From: Ignavibacteriota bacterium
GTDB lineage: Bacteria; Bacteroidota; Ignavibacteria; UBA10030
DNA length: 64,000 nt
Direction of reading: 5' to 3'
Assembly: GCA_963701295.1 (NCBI GenBank)
Contig: OY969585.1
Span: 288,001 to 352,000 of the forward strand
Below the pieces are notes generated by a model. It saw only the letters and a program-made list of their open reading frames with translations, was not told the origin of the DNA and ran no database searches. This document shows positions 10,220 to 19,860 of this stretch, one piece after another. A program made the position numbers and the translations under genes. The stretch's first letter is position 1, and the number at the start of each line of letters is the position of its first letter.

Positions 10220-11182
10220 ATGGACGTTTATTTCTACGAAGCGTTTGAAGAAGAGGCATGGTCCCTCAAATCTTTTCTCGGCAATCAACTCATCTATGAG
10301 ATGACGGATAAGACGATTCAAGAAACGGATTATCTCAATCCACCAGCTCGACTGATCAGTATCCGCACACAATCGATCATTCCAACGGAATGGGCAGATA
10401 AGCTTAGTGGTGTATTGAGCCGAAGCACAGGGTATGACCATCTGAAGAAATACTTGGACAATATCCGAAAACCATTGCCATGCGGTTATCTGGAAGAGTA
10501 CGCAACACGAGCCGTCGCAGAACATGCAATCCTGCTCATGATGTCGCTGATGCGCCGTCTGCCGCAGCAAATGATCCAATTCAAAAACTTTAACCGGGAT
10601 GGACTCACAGGCGGAGAATGTGCAGGGAAGAACCTTTTAGTCGTAGGCGTGGGGCGGATTGGCATTGAGATTGTAAAGATCGGTTCAGCACTCGGTATGA
10701 ATGTCCGCGGCGTGGATATTGTCCAGCGCCACAAGGATGTGCAGTACATTGGGAAAGAAGAAGGAATCGCCTGGGCTGATGCCATTATCTGCTCCATGAA
10801 TTTGACAAACGAAAACCATGGTTATTTTTCCTACAACCTCTTAAAACAAGCCAAACTCGGTGTTCTTTTCGTCAATATCGCACGCGGGGAACATACACCT
10901 ATTGCCGATATGCTGAGATTAGTGCAGGAACGGCACGTGGGCGGACTCGGACTTGATGTGTTTGAAAACGAGCCAAACGTTGCTGTCGCTCTTCGAAACA
11001 AGCACACGAATATATTTCCAGCGGCGATAGTAATAAAAGAATTGCTTCAGCATCCGAATGTTCTCTGTACTCCGCACAACGCATTCAACACAATGGAAGC
11101 CGTCCAACGAAAATCCCGATTCTGTGTCGATGAAGTATTATATTTTCTTGAGAACAAAGACTTCCGGTATCGTGTGCGTTAG
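10220..11182 (+). CDS. D-isomer-specific 2-hydroxyacid dehydrogenase
   Basis: RSTGYDH, AVAEHA, GVGRIG, VNIARG, GLDVFENEP, TPHNAF. Confidence 0.88.
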   Translation: MDVYFYEAFEEEAWSLKSFLGNQLIYEMTDKTIQETDYLNPPARLISIRTQSIIPTEWADKLSGVLSRSTGYDHLKKYLDNIRKPLPCGYLEEYATRAVAEHAILLMMSLMRRLPQQMIQFKNFNRDGLTGGECAGKNLLVVGVGRIGIEIVKIGSALGMNVRGVDIVQRHKDVQYIGKEEGIAWADAIICSMNLTNENHGYFSYNLLKQAKLGVLFVNIARGEHTPIADMLRLVQERHVGGLGLDVFENEPNVAVALRNKHTNIFPAAIVIKELLQHPNVLCTPHNAFNTMEAVQRKSRFCVDEVLYFLENKDFRYRVR

Positions 11183-11377
11183 ATAGGGTGTTGCATTTCT
11201 TATGATGATTTTTTCCTGTGCAGTACAACCTGTTCGATTATTTGAAGAATCGTTTCTTTGGGCCGAAATTTACTTGCCACAAAGATAGGTTTATACCTCT
11301 GCTCTTCTGAACTATCAAGAAGAACTTGCATATACTTTTCTCAGGGTTTGCAACACACAAAACACGCTGAGACATTC

Positions 11378-12985
11378 TTATTGAAAAACTTCTTTCTGGA
11401 TATCCTCTTTCATTACGGAAGCTGCCGACAGAAACATTTTAAATATCGAACCTTTTCCTTCTACGCTCTCTACCGTCATAAATCCTTTATGTCCCTTGAC
11501 AATGCCGAGGCAAATCGAAAGACCAAGCCCTGTACCTTTCCCTATTTCCTTCGTCGTATAGAACGGCTCAAAGATCTTATGGATTTCGACAGCCGGTATT
11601 CCGACGCCTGTATCGCTGACACTAAACACTACATACGCTCCTTCGACTGCATCAGTATGTTCTTCGGCCATCTCTTTCGATACCAAAACATCACCTACAG
11701 AAAATGTTAATTCACCGCCTTGCGGCATAGCATCGCATGCGTTGGTGCAAAGATTGATTAACACTTGATGGAGCTGGGTTCTATCCCCGATCACCGGTGA
11801 AACAATATCCGATATACGAGTGCGGACTGAAACGCTGTCAGGTACAATTTGACCTAATAAACCTGTAATATCTTTTACAATCTTCAAAGGATTGAGTTTT
11901 ACATGCTTACCCTCCACTCCTTTCACAAAGGAAAGAACTTGATAGACCATTTCAGAGCCATGCTTCGCACTTGACTCGATGGCTTTTAAAAGCCGCTGAC
12001 TTTGGGTATCCAACAACTTCCGTTTAAGTACTTCCACACCGACCAGGACCGGCGCTAGTGTATTGCTCAAGTCATGCGCGATACCACTTGCGAAAATGCC
12101 GATACTTTCCACTCGCTGTGCTCGGAGAAAGCGTGTTTCCAATCGTTTTCGCTCTGTCACATCCGTGCAAACTTGAAGAATGCCAGCGGGCTCGCCGCCT
12201 GGATTGTGAACAAGAGTCCATCGACAATCTGCGATGATGGCCGTTCCATCTCTTTTTTTTTGGCACAGTTCGCCCGACCATGCCGAATGCTGTACCGTCA
12301 ACGTGTATGCGCGATCAAATCCTTCCGTTCCATCCGACCCATAGATGTACTTCACTACATCTCTTCCTACCACTTCTAACGGCTCGTAGCCATACATTCG
12401 TTCAGCACCTTTGTTCCAGTATCGTACCGTTTTGTTAAGGTCAAGAACGAGGATGGCATCCTGCGCCTGATCCAGCAGCAACGCTTGTTCACGAATTTTA
12501 TCTTCCGCAAGCCGGCGTGTGGTGATGTCGATAATAACTGCTTCGGTAAAACTTTTGAGAGAATGGATAGAAGCAGAGAAAGAAATCCAAAATTCCGATC
12601 CGTTTTTACGGCGCAAAAGGGTCTTATAATCCTCCACTGACTGACCTGCTGATAAACGTTCAATAAGATATTCCCGATCTTGAAGAGACATTGAAAAGAG
12701 CACTCCTTTTACTTCATCGAATGTCTCGACTGCAAACATACGAAGGAGTGCGTGATTTGCATCGACAACATTCCAATGATCGGTCGTTATGCGAAGCATA
12801 CCGGCAGGTGACTGCTCAAAAAGATTACGGTACTTTCGTTCGCTGATTGTCAATTCTTCCAGTTGACGCTTCTTGGTCGTAAGCTCCTTTTGTTTGCCTG
12901 TCATAACTGCGGCCACAAATCCAACAGTAATCGTTAAGAGTGCAATGGTTCCAAGTGCAACTGTCCACCAAATATTAAATGTCAC
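11378..12985 (-). CDS. single-TM PAS-PAS sensor histidine kinase (no receiver)
   Basis: likely GTG start at 12985 overlapping the upstream TGA (GTGA); one N-terminal TM, two PAS domains, H-box GIAHDLSN, QVLINLCTNA, DTGVG, FYTTK, GTGLGL. Confidence 0.88.
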   Translation of the reverse strand: MTFNIWWTVALGTIALLTITVGFVAAVMTGKQKELTTKKRQLEELTISERKYRNLFEQSPAGMLRITTDHWNVVDANHALLRMFAVETFDEVKGVLFSMSLQDREYLIERLSAGQSVEDYKTLLRRKNGSEFWISFSASIHSLKSFTEAVIIDITTRRLAEDKIREQALLLDQAQDAILVLDLNKTVRYWNKGAERMYGYEPLEVVGRDVVKYIYGSDGTEGFDRAYTLTVQHSAWSGELCQKKRDGTAIIADCRWTLVHNPGGEPAGILQVCTDVTERKRLETRFLRAQRVESIGIFASGIAHDLSNTLAPVLVGVEVLKRKLLDTQSQRLLKAIESSAKHGSEMVYQVLSFVKGVEGKHVKLNPLKIVKDITGLLGQIVPDSVSVRTRISDIVSPVIGDRTQLHQVLINLCTNACDAMPQGGELTFSVGDVLVSKEMAEEHTDAVEGAYVVFSVSDTGVGIPAVEIHKIFEPFYTTKEIGKGTGLGLSICLGIVKGHKGFMTVESVEGKGSIFKMFLSAASVMKEDIQKEVFQ

Positions 12986-13605
12986 TTCTTGCACAAAAAG
13001 CCCCGCATATAGAGCAGATAAGAGATGATTATAAAAACCCAGTTCAAAGGCCATATCATCAGAAAGCGTTCAGTCGAAATCTGAAGCATCTTGTTAAACA
13101 AAGCGAACAAGAACAGACTTCCCGCTGAATAGATGATCGTACCAGCAGCAACCCAAAAGCGTGGATCGTTTATCCATACGATGTCGCTTTCCTTCACAAC
13201 ATCTAACAATAAGTAGGCTGAAAATGCTATTTGTAATACTTTTGAGATCGTTGCTGTCCAGTCATCAGCAAGCGAGAGTGGTTCAAATGAAAACTTACTG
13301 ACGATCCAGAAGAAGAGAAACACAACAAGACATATCAGGAGAACCCTTTTTTTCCCATGCTGCTTCATCCATAATGAATATATAAAAACTATGGCTGTCA
13401 ATTCAATCATCGTAGAAAAATGCGATATCCAGAGGTTGTAGATATGAAGAGAGGTAAGAGTCCATTCTACGCAAGTCATTCCGACATTGAATAGAATGAG
13501 CCATTCAAGAATTCGTAAAGGATGTGGGAGACTCCGATAACGGAAGCCTCCCACCAACATCGCCCCTATCTCAACAAAGAAAGCGATATAAAAAAGAACT
13601 GGCAT
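12982..13605 (-). CDS. uncharacterised 7-TM membrane protein
   Basis: seven hydrophobic segments (approx. aa 1-21, 30-53, 57-80, 88-105, 116-137, 148-170, 181-204); NLWISHFSTMIE and PRFWVAAG motifs; no soluble domain. Confidence 0.75.
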   Translation of the reverse strand: MPVLFYIAFFVEIGAMLVGGFRYRSLPHPLRILEWLILFNVGMTCVEWTLTSLHIYNLWISHFSTMIELTAIVFIYSLWMKQHGKKRVLLICLVVFLFFWIVSKFSFEPLSLADDWTATISKVLQIAFSAYLLLDVVKESDIVWINDPRFWVAAGTIIYSAGSLFLFALFNKMLQISTERFLMIWPLNWVFIIISYLLYMRGFLCKK

Positions 13606-13619
13606 GAGGATATAAAGAA

Positions 13620-14039
13620 CTACCGCGCGAGTTCACTGACAACATCACAATATGGAGGACATGGAGACATTCTCTCCATAATGAGACCTGTTTGTATGTC
13701 CTGCCCTTTTGCGTCAACGCCGACAAGTACCAAAGTCGGTGAGCCATCATCCATCTGCGCATAATAATAACGGATGCCTATAACTCCCGGCTGCGCGAGT
13801 ATCTTATCAAAGGCATTGCGACCAAAGAAGCCGCCCTTTATGGAAGGAGCTTTGAGATTCGAACGATGATTTTTTACGAGACGAAGTGCCGTCATAAGAT
13901 CAACTTGATGATTCTCATTACCTGTGAGTTGTTGATTTTGAGAAGTCGAAGCGCTCTTCGCGGGACCATGAAATGCCCAAAGCAATCCAAAACACAGAAC
14001 AACAAGAATGCCTAGGATAAGTGTTCCTGTGGTTTTCAT
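13620..14039 (-). CDS. secreted/membrane-anchored small protein with C-terminal PCPPxC motif
   Basis: SD aggagga; N-terminal hydrophobic signal; core ILAQPGVIGIRYYY...LVLVGVD..GQD; ends ERMSPCPPYCDVVSELAR. Confidence 0.8.
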   Translation of the reverse strand: MKTTGTLILGILVVLCFGLLWAFHGPAKSASTSQNQQLTGNENHQVDLMTALRLVKNHRSNLKAPSIKGGFFGRNAFDKILAQPGVIGIRYYYAQMDDGSPTLVLVGVDAKGQDIQTGLIMERMSPCPPYCDVVSELAR

Positions 14040-14429
14040 ACATCCTCCTATTATATAAGAAATGATTGGTTACTCATTCTCGTGTCCTGGCGTTATTGTA
14101 GAACACGAAACGATGCGATTTTTGATTAGTCTGGCGTCGCACACTTAGAAGATACTCCAATTCATGAAGAAAGCAAGTCCTTCTTAGAGGAACTCTTGAA
14201 ATGATACGCATCTTGAATTGCGTTTCTCGAAAGACATTCTTACATTCTAATAGAATGGAACCACGATAAGGTTTCTCGTGTAGAGAATGTCGCGATTCGT
14301 TTATCCACCTTCCGAAAATCGTAAACGTTCCAAACAAGAGAGGCTTCTGCGAGTTGAGGGCTACCGCAAGAAGACCTATGACAACAGATAGGAGAATCTT
14401 ACTTGGATTCGGCACGGATCATAGAGACA

Positions 14430-15515
14430 ATGAAATCTTCTCGGGAAATACTCAAGCGCGTTGATCAACTTGTTAAGGCTAATAATTTAGAAAAAGCTCT
14501 TCATGAAGTTAGGAAAGCGCGTGAGATAGATCCAAAGAATTTATATGCATTTGCTTACGAAGAACGCATTCAAGAACTTTTCGCTCAACGGCAGCATCAA
14601 GAAGCATTAACTCACCAAAAACTCAAGAGTTCAGATACACCGAGTGAAGATCTGAAACCCTACAACATGGGAGACCAGTTGCTCGGTGAACGCACCGATA
14701 TAACTGAAACGAAAGTACCGGCGTTGTATGAAGAATTTAAAAAAGCCGGATTGCGGAAATCTGACCAAACAGAATCCACTCGGACAAAGCGAGCATCCAA
14801 AGAGGCGTTAGAGATTTTCAGACAGGCGCTGCTGCTTGCATGGTCAGATGGCCAGAAAACAGATGAAGAAGTGAACGAACTTCAATATCTCAAACAATCA
14901 CTCTTCATCACTGACGAGGAGCAGGAACTATTAGATCGGCAAGCGAAACTGGAATGCTACATCCTCTTGCTCAAACATTTGCTCCAGTCCCATGCACCGA
15001 AGGGAGAGGTCGCAAGTACTCTTGCTGAGCTTCGTAGAAGTTTTGATGTTTCCAGCTCCGATCAAGTCGTTATCGAAGCAAATCTGGTTGTTCACAAGGA
15101 AGGGAAAGGGAAAAAGCAAACAATCGCCGTCATTGACGACGAAAAGCAAATACTCACACTGATGAAAGAAATACTAACGCAAGCACATTATCAAGTGATG
15201 GATTTTAGCACATCGGACAATGCATATGATTTTTTAAGAAAAGAGAAAGCTGACTGTATTCTCTGCGATATCAGCTTAGAAACTTCCACGATGAATGGTT
15301 TTTTATTCTATGAGAAAGTCAGAGAATTGCGTCACCTCCAACAAGTGCCATTTATCTTCATAACAGGATTGAATGATGTTGTGTTGATGCGTGCCGGCAA
15401 AGAAATGGGTGTTGATGACTTCCTTGTTAAACCTATCCATCGCGAAAATCTCCTTGCTACAATTCGGGGAAGAATCAAGAGGTATGAGCAAATGAAACTT
15501 CTATCGGGACTATAG
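14430..15515 (+). CDS. response regulator with N-terminal helical (TPR/TerB-like) region and C-terminal receiver
   Basis: C-terminal VIDDE...ILCDI...FIFITG...DDFLVKP; N-terminal AWSDG..TDEE helical repeat. Confidence 0.75.
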   Translation: MKSSREILKRVDQLVKANNLEKALHEVRKAREIDPKNLYAFAYEERIQELFAQRQHQEALTHQKLKSSDTPSEDLKPYNMGDQLLGERTDITETKVPALYEEFKKAGLRKSDQTESTRTKRASKEALEIFRQALLLAWSDGQKTDEEVNELQYLKQSLFITDEEQELLDRQAKLECYILLLKHLLQSHAPKGEVASTLAELRRSFDVSSSDQVVIEANLVVHKEGKGKKQTIAVIDDEKQILTLMKEILTQAHYQVMDFSTSDNAYDFLRKEKADCILCDISLETSTMNGFLFYEKVRELRHLQQVPFIFITGLNDVVLMRAGKEMGVDDFLVKPIHRENLLATIRGRIKRYEQMKLLSGL

Positions 15516-15557
15516 AATTCACACGGGAAGTGAACGATTCTCTAAAATCTAAGATAT

Positions 15558-18098
15558 CTAATTTCTCTTAAAGACATTTCTCAAGATTTCCCCAAAAACG
15601 CTTTTCTTGAATGGTTTCAGAAGAACGGTATGTATGCCAAGAGATTTGAGTTTATCCGGACCATCCATTTGATCATACCCTGTCATTAATATAACCGGTA
15701 AGTCTTTACGTACCTGAAGGATTTTACTCGTGAGAATGAGACCCGTCATCTGCGGCATTGTATGATCGGTAATAAGAAGATCATAGCCATGGGGATCATT
15801 TTCAAATGCTTTCAGTGCGTCCAAAGGCTTTGTAAATGGAAACGCCCGATATCCTAGTCCTTTTAATAACTCTGTGAGTGCATCAAGCAATTGCGGCTCA
15901 TCATCTACTATCATAATGCGTTCGGAACTTCCAAGGCTCTCTTTAATTTCTTCAAGCTTCACACTCTGTTCTTCACCTTCGTAGATCGGAAGATACACAT
16001 CAACTTGCGTACCTTTCCCCACTTGACTTTGAACTTTTGTCACACCGCCATGATTTTTCACAATAGCATGAACAATTGCTAGTCCTAATCCAGTCCCCTT
16101 CCCTGGTCCTTTCGTCGTAAAAAATGGTTCAAAAATTCTTTTCAACGTGACTGCATCCATACCGGTTCCCGAATCCTGAACAGTAAACACCGCATATCGT
16201 CCTTTTTTCAGATCAGGGTGAAACAACATTGCCCGGTCATCATATTCTATACTCTTCTGGCGTAAAATAAGTTTCCCATCAGTTCCATTCATTGCTTGAG
16301 CTGCATTAGTACAAAGATTCATGACAACCTGATGGATCTGCGTTGCATCGGCTAAGACAAGAGGTCCTTTTATTGGTAAATCTAGTTTAATCTCGACGGT
16401 TGTAGGAATTGATGCACGGAGGAGTTTCATACCCTCACGTAAGATATAGTGCAATCGAACCGGCCGATAGTTTGAATCTTGCTTCCGACTAAATGCCAAT
16501 ATTTGTTGAACAAGTTCTTGTGCCCGATCCGAAGCATGAATCACTTCATCGATATGTTTCATTGCGCGGTGGTTCCTGCTCAGTTTTAATTTTACTAACT
16601 CTGAGTTGCCAATAATAACCGAGAGAATATTGTTGAAATCATGCGCTATACCGCCGGCAAGAGAACCGACAGCTTCCATTTTTTGCGATTGAAGTAATTG
16701 TGCTTGCAAATTTCTTTGCGTTTCTTCTGCTTTCACTCGTTCCGTAATATCGCGGAGAATAAGTGTGTAGAGCTCCTCTTTTCCCACCTTCACTTTCGAA
16801 ATAGAAGCTTCAATAGGAAAGTTCTCTCCGTTGACACGAACACCATTAATTGTTCTCATTGTTCCTTCGATCAAGCCTGCAACCGAATTTTGATCGGGCT
16901 CATATGAATGACTCTGATCTTTAACCTTCTGAGACAGGGCGATGAAACGATCTATAGATTGTCCGAGAGCCTCGGCTTCTGAGCAACGGAACATTTGTTC
17001 CGAAGCAGGATTAAATGATTGGATCCGTAGATGCTTATCTAATGTAATAATAGCTTCCATTGCCGACGTTATGATGCTTGAAAGGCGGCTTTGATTTTCG
17101 CGAATGACTTCTTGAGTTCTTTTCAACTCTGTCAGATCGGTCACAATACCAAGTACAGATGGCTCTCCTTCATAGCGAATCAATTTTGACATTTTGAGAC
17201 ATTCAATTTTTTTATTCGCTTTATCGACGAGCGTACATTCATATGGTTCAACTTTGATTCCTGCCAAATGTTGTCTAATTTTTTGAAGGACCATGTACCG
17301 ATGTTCAGGTGCAATAATCGAAAGAAAGTCAAACTCTGGAGCATAGATTTCTTCACGCGAATAGCCGATCAATTCTTTACATTTTTCATTCACATAAATA
17401 ATTTTCCCATTCTTGTGAATGTAGACCATGTTCGGCAGTTCTTCTGTCAGCGTTCTGAATTTCTCTTCAGATTCTCGTAATTCTTCGGCTTGCTTTCGAA
17501 TTGCTTTTTCGCTTGTTCGAGCTTTGTTAATACTTCGTAAAAGACGATCCGCCAGGATACGAACAGCAATTGCTGTTATTAAGAGGATAACCGCTATATC
17601 AACGATATCAAGATAATCAGTGTACTGGTGGTATTGCTTAACAATCACTCTCGCAATTTCGAGGAATCCAATGACGATAACGGTGAAAATCGTCCAGAAT
17701 GTGAATGCATAAAAAAAGGGTGGCTTAAAAGCAATTCCTGCAAACATAAGACATATTGGGATACCAAGAAGGACGATGTTGTGAAGACCTCCAGATGCAT
17801 AAAGGAGGTACGTGATAAAACCCATAACTGTCCAAAGAAGAAGACTTTTTGCCCATTGCAAACGACCTATCCTCAGAAAGACTATTGACAGAATAATCAA
17901 TACACCAACCAAAAGTGTTTGAAGAACGAACAGATACCGTCCGGCGACTTCTCTCTGGAAAACGAGTGTAGCAAATCCAGCAAGAATACTTAGTGCGATG
18001 ACATTGAGGATTTCTGCAACGCGGTTTTTTTCTTCATCACCAAAATCCGGTGGTTTAAGGAGTGAGTGGACCTTTTGATACATTTCTTTTATTCGCAT
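15558..18098 (-). CDS. membrane hybrid sensor kinase (multi-TM, PAS x2, HisKA, HATPase, REC)
   Basis: [32 protein letters not shown], receiver VDDE...ITDHTMP...KP. Confidence 0.92.
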   Translation of the reverse strand: MRIKEMYQKVHSLLKPPDFGDEEKNRVAEILNVIALSILAGFATLVFQREVAGRYLFVLQTLLVGVLIILSIVFLRIGRLQWAKSLLLWTVMGFITYLLYASGGLHNIVLLGIPICLMFAGIAFKPPFFYAFTFWTIFTVIVIGFLEIARVIVKQYHQYTDYLDIVDIAVILLITAIAVRILADRLLRSINKARTSEKAIRKQAEELRESEEKFRTLTEELPNMVYIHKNGKIIYVNEKCKELIGYSREEIYAPEFDFLSIIAPEHRYMVLQKIRQHLAGIKVEPYECTLVDKANKKIECLKMSKLIRYEGEPSVLGIVTDLTELKRTQEVIRENQSRLSSIITSAMEAIITLDKHLRIQSFNPASEQMFRCSEAEALGQSIDRFIALSQKVKDQSHSYEPDQNSVAGLIEGTMRTINGVRVNGENFPIEASISKVKVGKEELYTLILRDITERVKAEETQRNLQAQLLQSQKMEAVGSLAGGIAHDFNNILSVIIGNSELVKLKLSRNHRAMKHIDEVIHASDRAQELVQQILAFSRKQDSNYRPVRLHYILREGMKLLRASIPTTVEIKLDLPIKGPLVLADATQIHQVVMNLCTNAAQAMNGTDGKLILRQKSIEYDDRAMLFHPDLKKGRYAVFTVQDSGTGMDAVTLKRIFEPFFTTKGPGKGTGLGLAIVHAIVKNHGGVTKVQSQVGKGTQVDVYLPIYEGEEQSVKLEEIKESLGSSERIMIVDDEPQLLDALTELLKGLGYRAFPFTKPLDALKAFENDPHGYDLLITDHTMPQMTGLILTSKILQVRKDLPVILMTGYDQMDGPDKLKSLGIHTVLLKPFKKSVFGEILRNVFKRN

Positions 18099-18305
18099 AT
18101 ACCTCCTGCGTTCAGTAGAATGAACTTCACATGAAGAAGGTTAACAGATTGCGGTAAATCATTTTCCCTCGTTAGAAAATGACCGATTCAATATACGAAG
18201 GGCAGAGTGGGAATTCAAGTGTTGGCATGTTTTTTTTTAATTCATGTCATATATGGCGAGGCGTACTTTGATAAGTAAAATATTTGACAACTGTAATTTT
18301 CTTAA

Positions 18306-19479
18306 CTACGATATAAACACCTTCGCCACTTCAATCAGCATGGAAGGCTGGTTCCATAACGCCGCGCGGAAGATTCCACCAAGTGTCCGCTTTTCCTCAG
18401 GAAGTTTGAGAGCACTTTCGGCAATATTGTTCAATGTGTCATCCGAGAAATTTGAGATAGCTTCCTTAATATTGTAAAACACCTCGTGCCTCCCGCCGAG
18501 ACGTTTGTGCCAGCGTTTCTCGTACTCCATCAAATGCGAAAGGTCGTTCTGCTTTACTGTTTCTGCAACGACTTGTCCGGCAATCATCCCGCCGATCATT
18601 CCGCTAATGATGCCCCCACCGGAAGTAGGATTGACCTGATGACCTGCATCGCCAACAAGCATCACTCTATTCTTTACCAACGTGTTACAGGTCTTGGCGC
18701 AAGGCACACCACCGGCAATGTGTGTCAGCATTGCTGCGTTTGGATACTTGTGTTCTACAAATTCTTGCAAATATCGAATTGCCGATTTTTTCTTTGCTTC
18801 CTCAACATTGATTCCAATCCCGACATTTGCTGTACCTTTTCCTTTCGGAAAAACCCAAAGATAACCGCCAGGCGCGATTGCATCACCGAAATAAAAATCG
18901 AGACAATCTTGCTCTGCGTCAATTCCCGAAATCGTCATTTGTGCGCAACTTTCCATATCGTGAATGTGGCACGTTGTATCAATACCAGCCCATTTACCGA
19001 CGCGACTCTCAACTCCGTCGGCGCCAACAACGACGCGTGAACGAATTTCTACCACGGTATCTTTGATGAGCGCTTTTACGCCCACTGCTTTTCCATTACT
19101 ATCCTTGAGAAGGTCATAGACATACGCTTTAGTGATAACCTTCTGTACCCTCATGTGCTGCTAATTTTGCTAATTCATAATCAAAGATACGGCGTTCGAG
19201 TACATATCCTATTCCGTCAAGTTTTGGAATAATAGATTTTCCATTGGGCGCAACCAATTTAAAGTGAGTAACTGTCGCCGCAATCCATTTTGGATCTGGC
19301 TGGATAAATTGCACAACTCCTTCGTGACTGACCGCTTCCCCACACCGCACAGGGTAACCGACATCGCGGTCTTTTTCCAATATCAACACTGAAGCGCCGC
19401 CAGCAGCAGCAAACCGTGCAGCCGTTGAACCCGCAGGCCCTGCACCGACCACTACAACGTCATATTGATTTTTAAGCAT
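18306..19479 (-). CDS. geranylgeranyl reductase family (DGGGPL-reductase-like), split by one +1 frameshift near 19140
   Basis: GAGPAG, PVRCGEAVS and ERRIFD in ORF 19129-19479; GADG, GGYLWVFPK and LVGDA..VNP.SGGGI in ORF 18306-19154; removing one base of cc at 19139-40 joins them (AAHEGTEVITKAY). Confidence 0.85.
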
Positions 19480-19489
19480 AAGTTATAAA

Positions 19490-19594
19490 ATTGGCTAATT
19501 TTGTGATTGATAGATTATGAGATTTTAAATCTGGGATTTTGGATTTAAAAGTTGTTGATTTGTTTGAATTTTATTGTTTGGTATTTGAGATTTC
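19490..19594. repeat. low-complexity tttgRatt-type degenerate heptamer tract
   Basis: gagattttaaatctgggattttggatttaa...gtttgaatt...tttggtatttgagatttc. Confidence 0.45.
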
Positions 19595-19600
19595 ATTGAT

Positions 19601-19849
19601 TTACTTGTTCAAAAACATCGGTTGAGTTTTGGGCAACTCCACTACTCCTTCCCGATGAAATTGGATTACTTCCCACGGACATGCCCATACACATTTTTTG
19701 CAGTTTGTGCATCGTTCCTCTATGATAGAAATGCGCGATTCCATCAGCTCGATGGCATCTTCCGGACAAACACCGACACAGCAGCCGCAGTAATCGCACT
19801 TACCAGGTATAATGTGAATCATCAGTGGAGTTTTTCTCGGCATCTTCAT
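19601..19849 (-). CDS. 2x[4Fe-4S] ferredoxin
   Basis: CDYCGCCVGVCP and CTNCKKCVWACP; exact start uncertain (19843-19864). Confidence 0.88.
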   Translation of the reverse strand: MKMPRKTPLMIHIIPGKCDYCGCCVGVCPEDAIELMESRISIIEERCTNCKKCVWACPWEVIQFHREGVVELPKTQPMFLNK

Positions 19850-19860
19850 CCCATCGTTCC

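Noticed and set aside
12982-13605. 7-TM protein as a microbial rhodopsin
   Set aside because: No Lys within predicted helix 7 for a retinal Schiff base and no RYxDW-like helix-3 motif.
14074-14415. 113-aa ORF and possible operator repeats in the divergent intergenic region
   Set aside because: Non-protein-like composition and no RBS; candidate palindromes are too degenerate to call.
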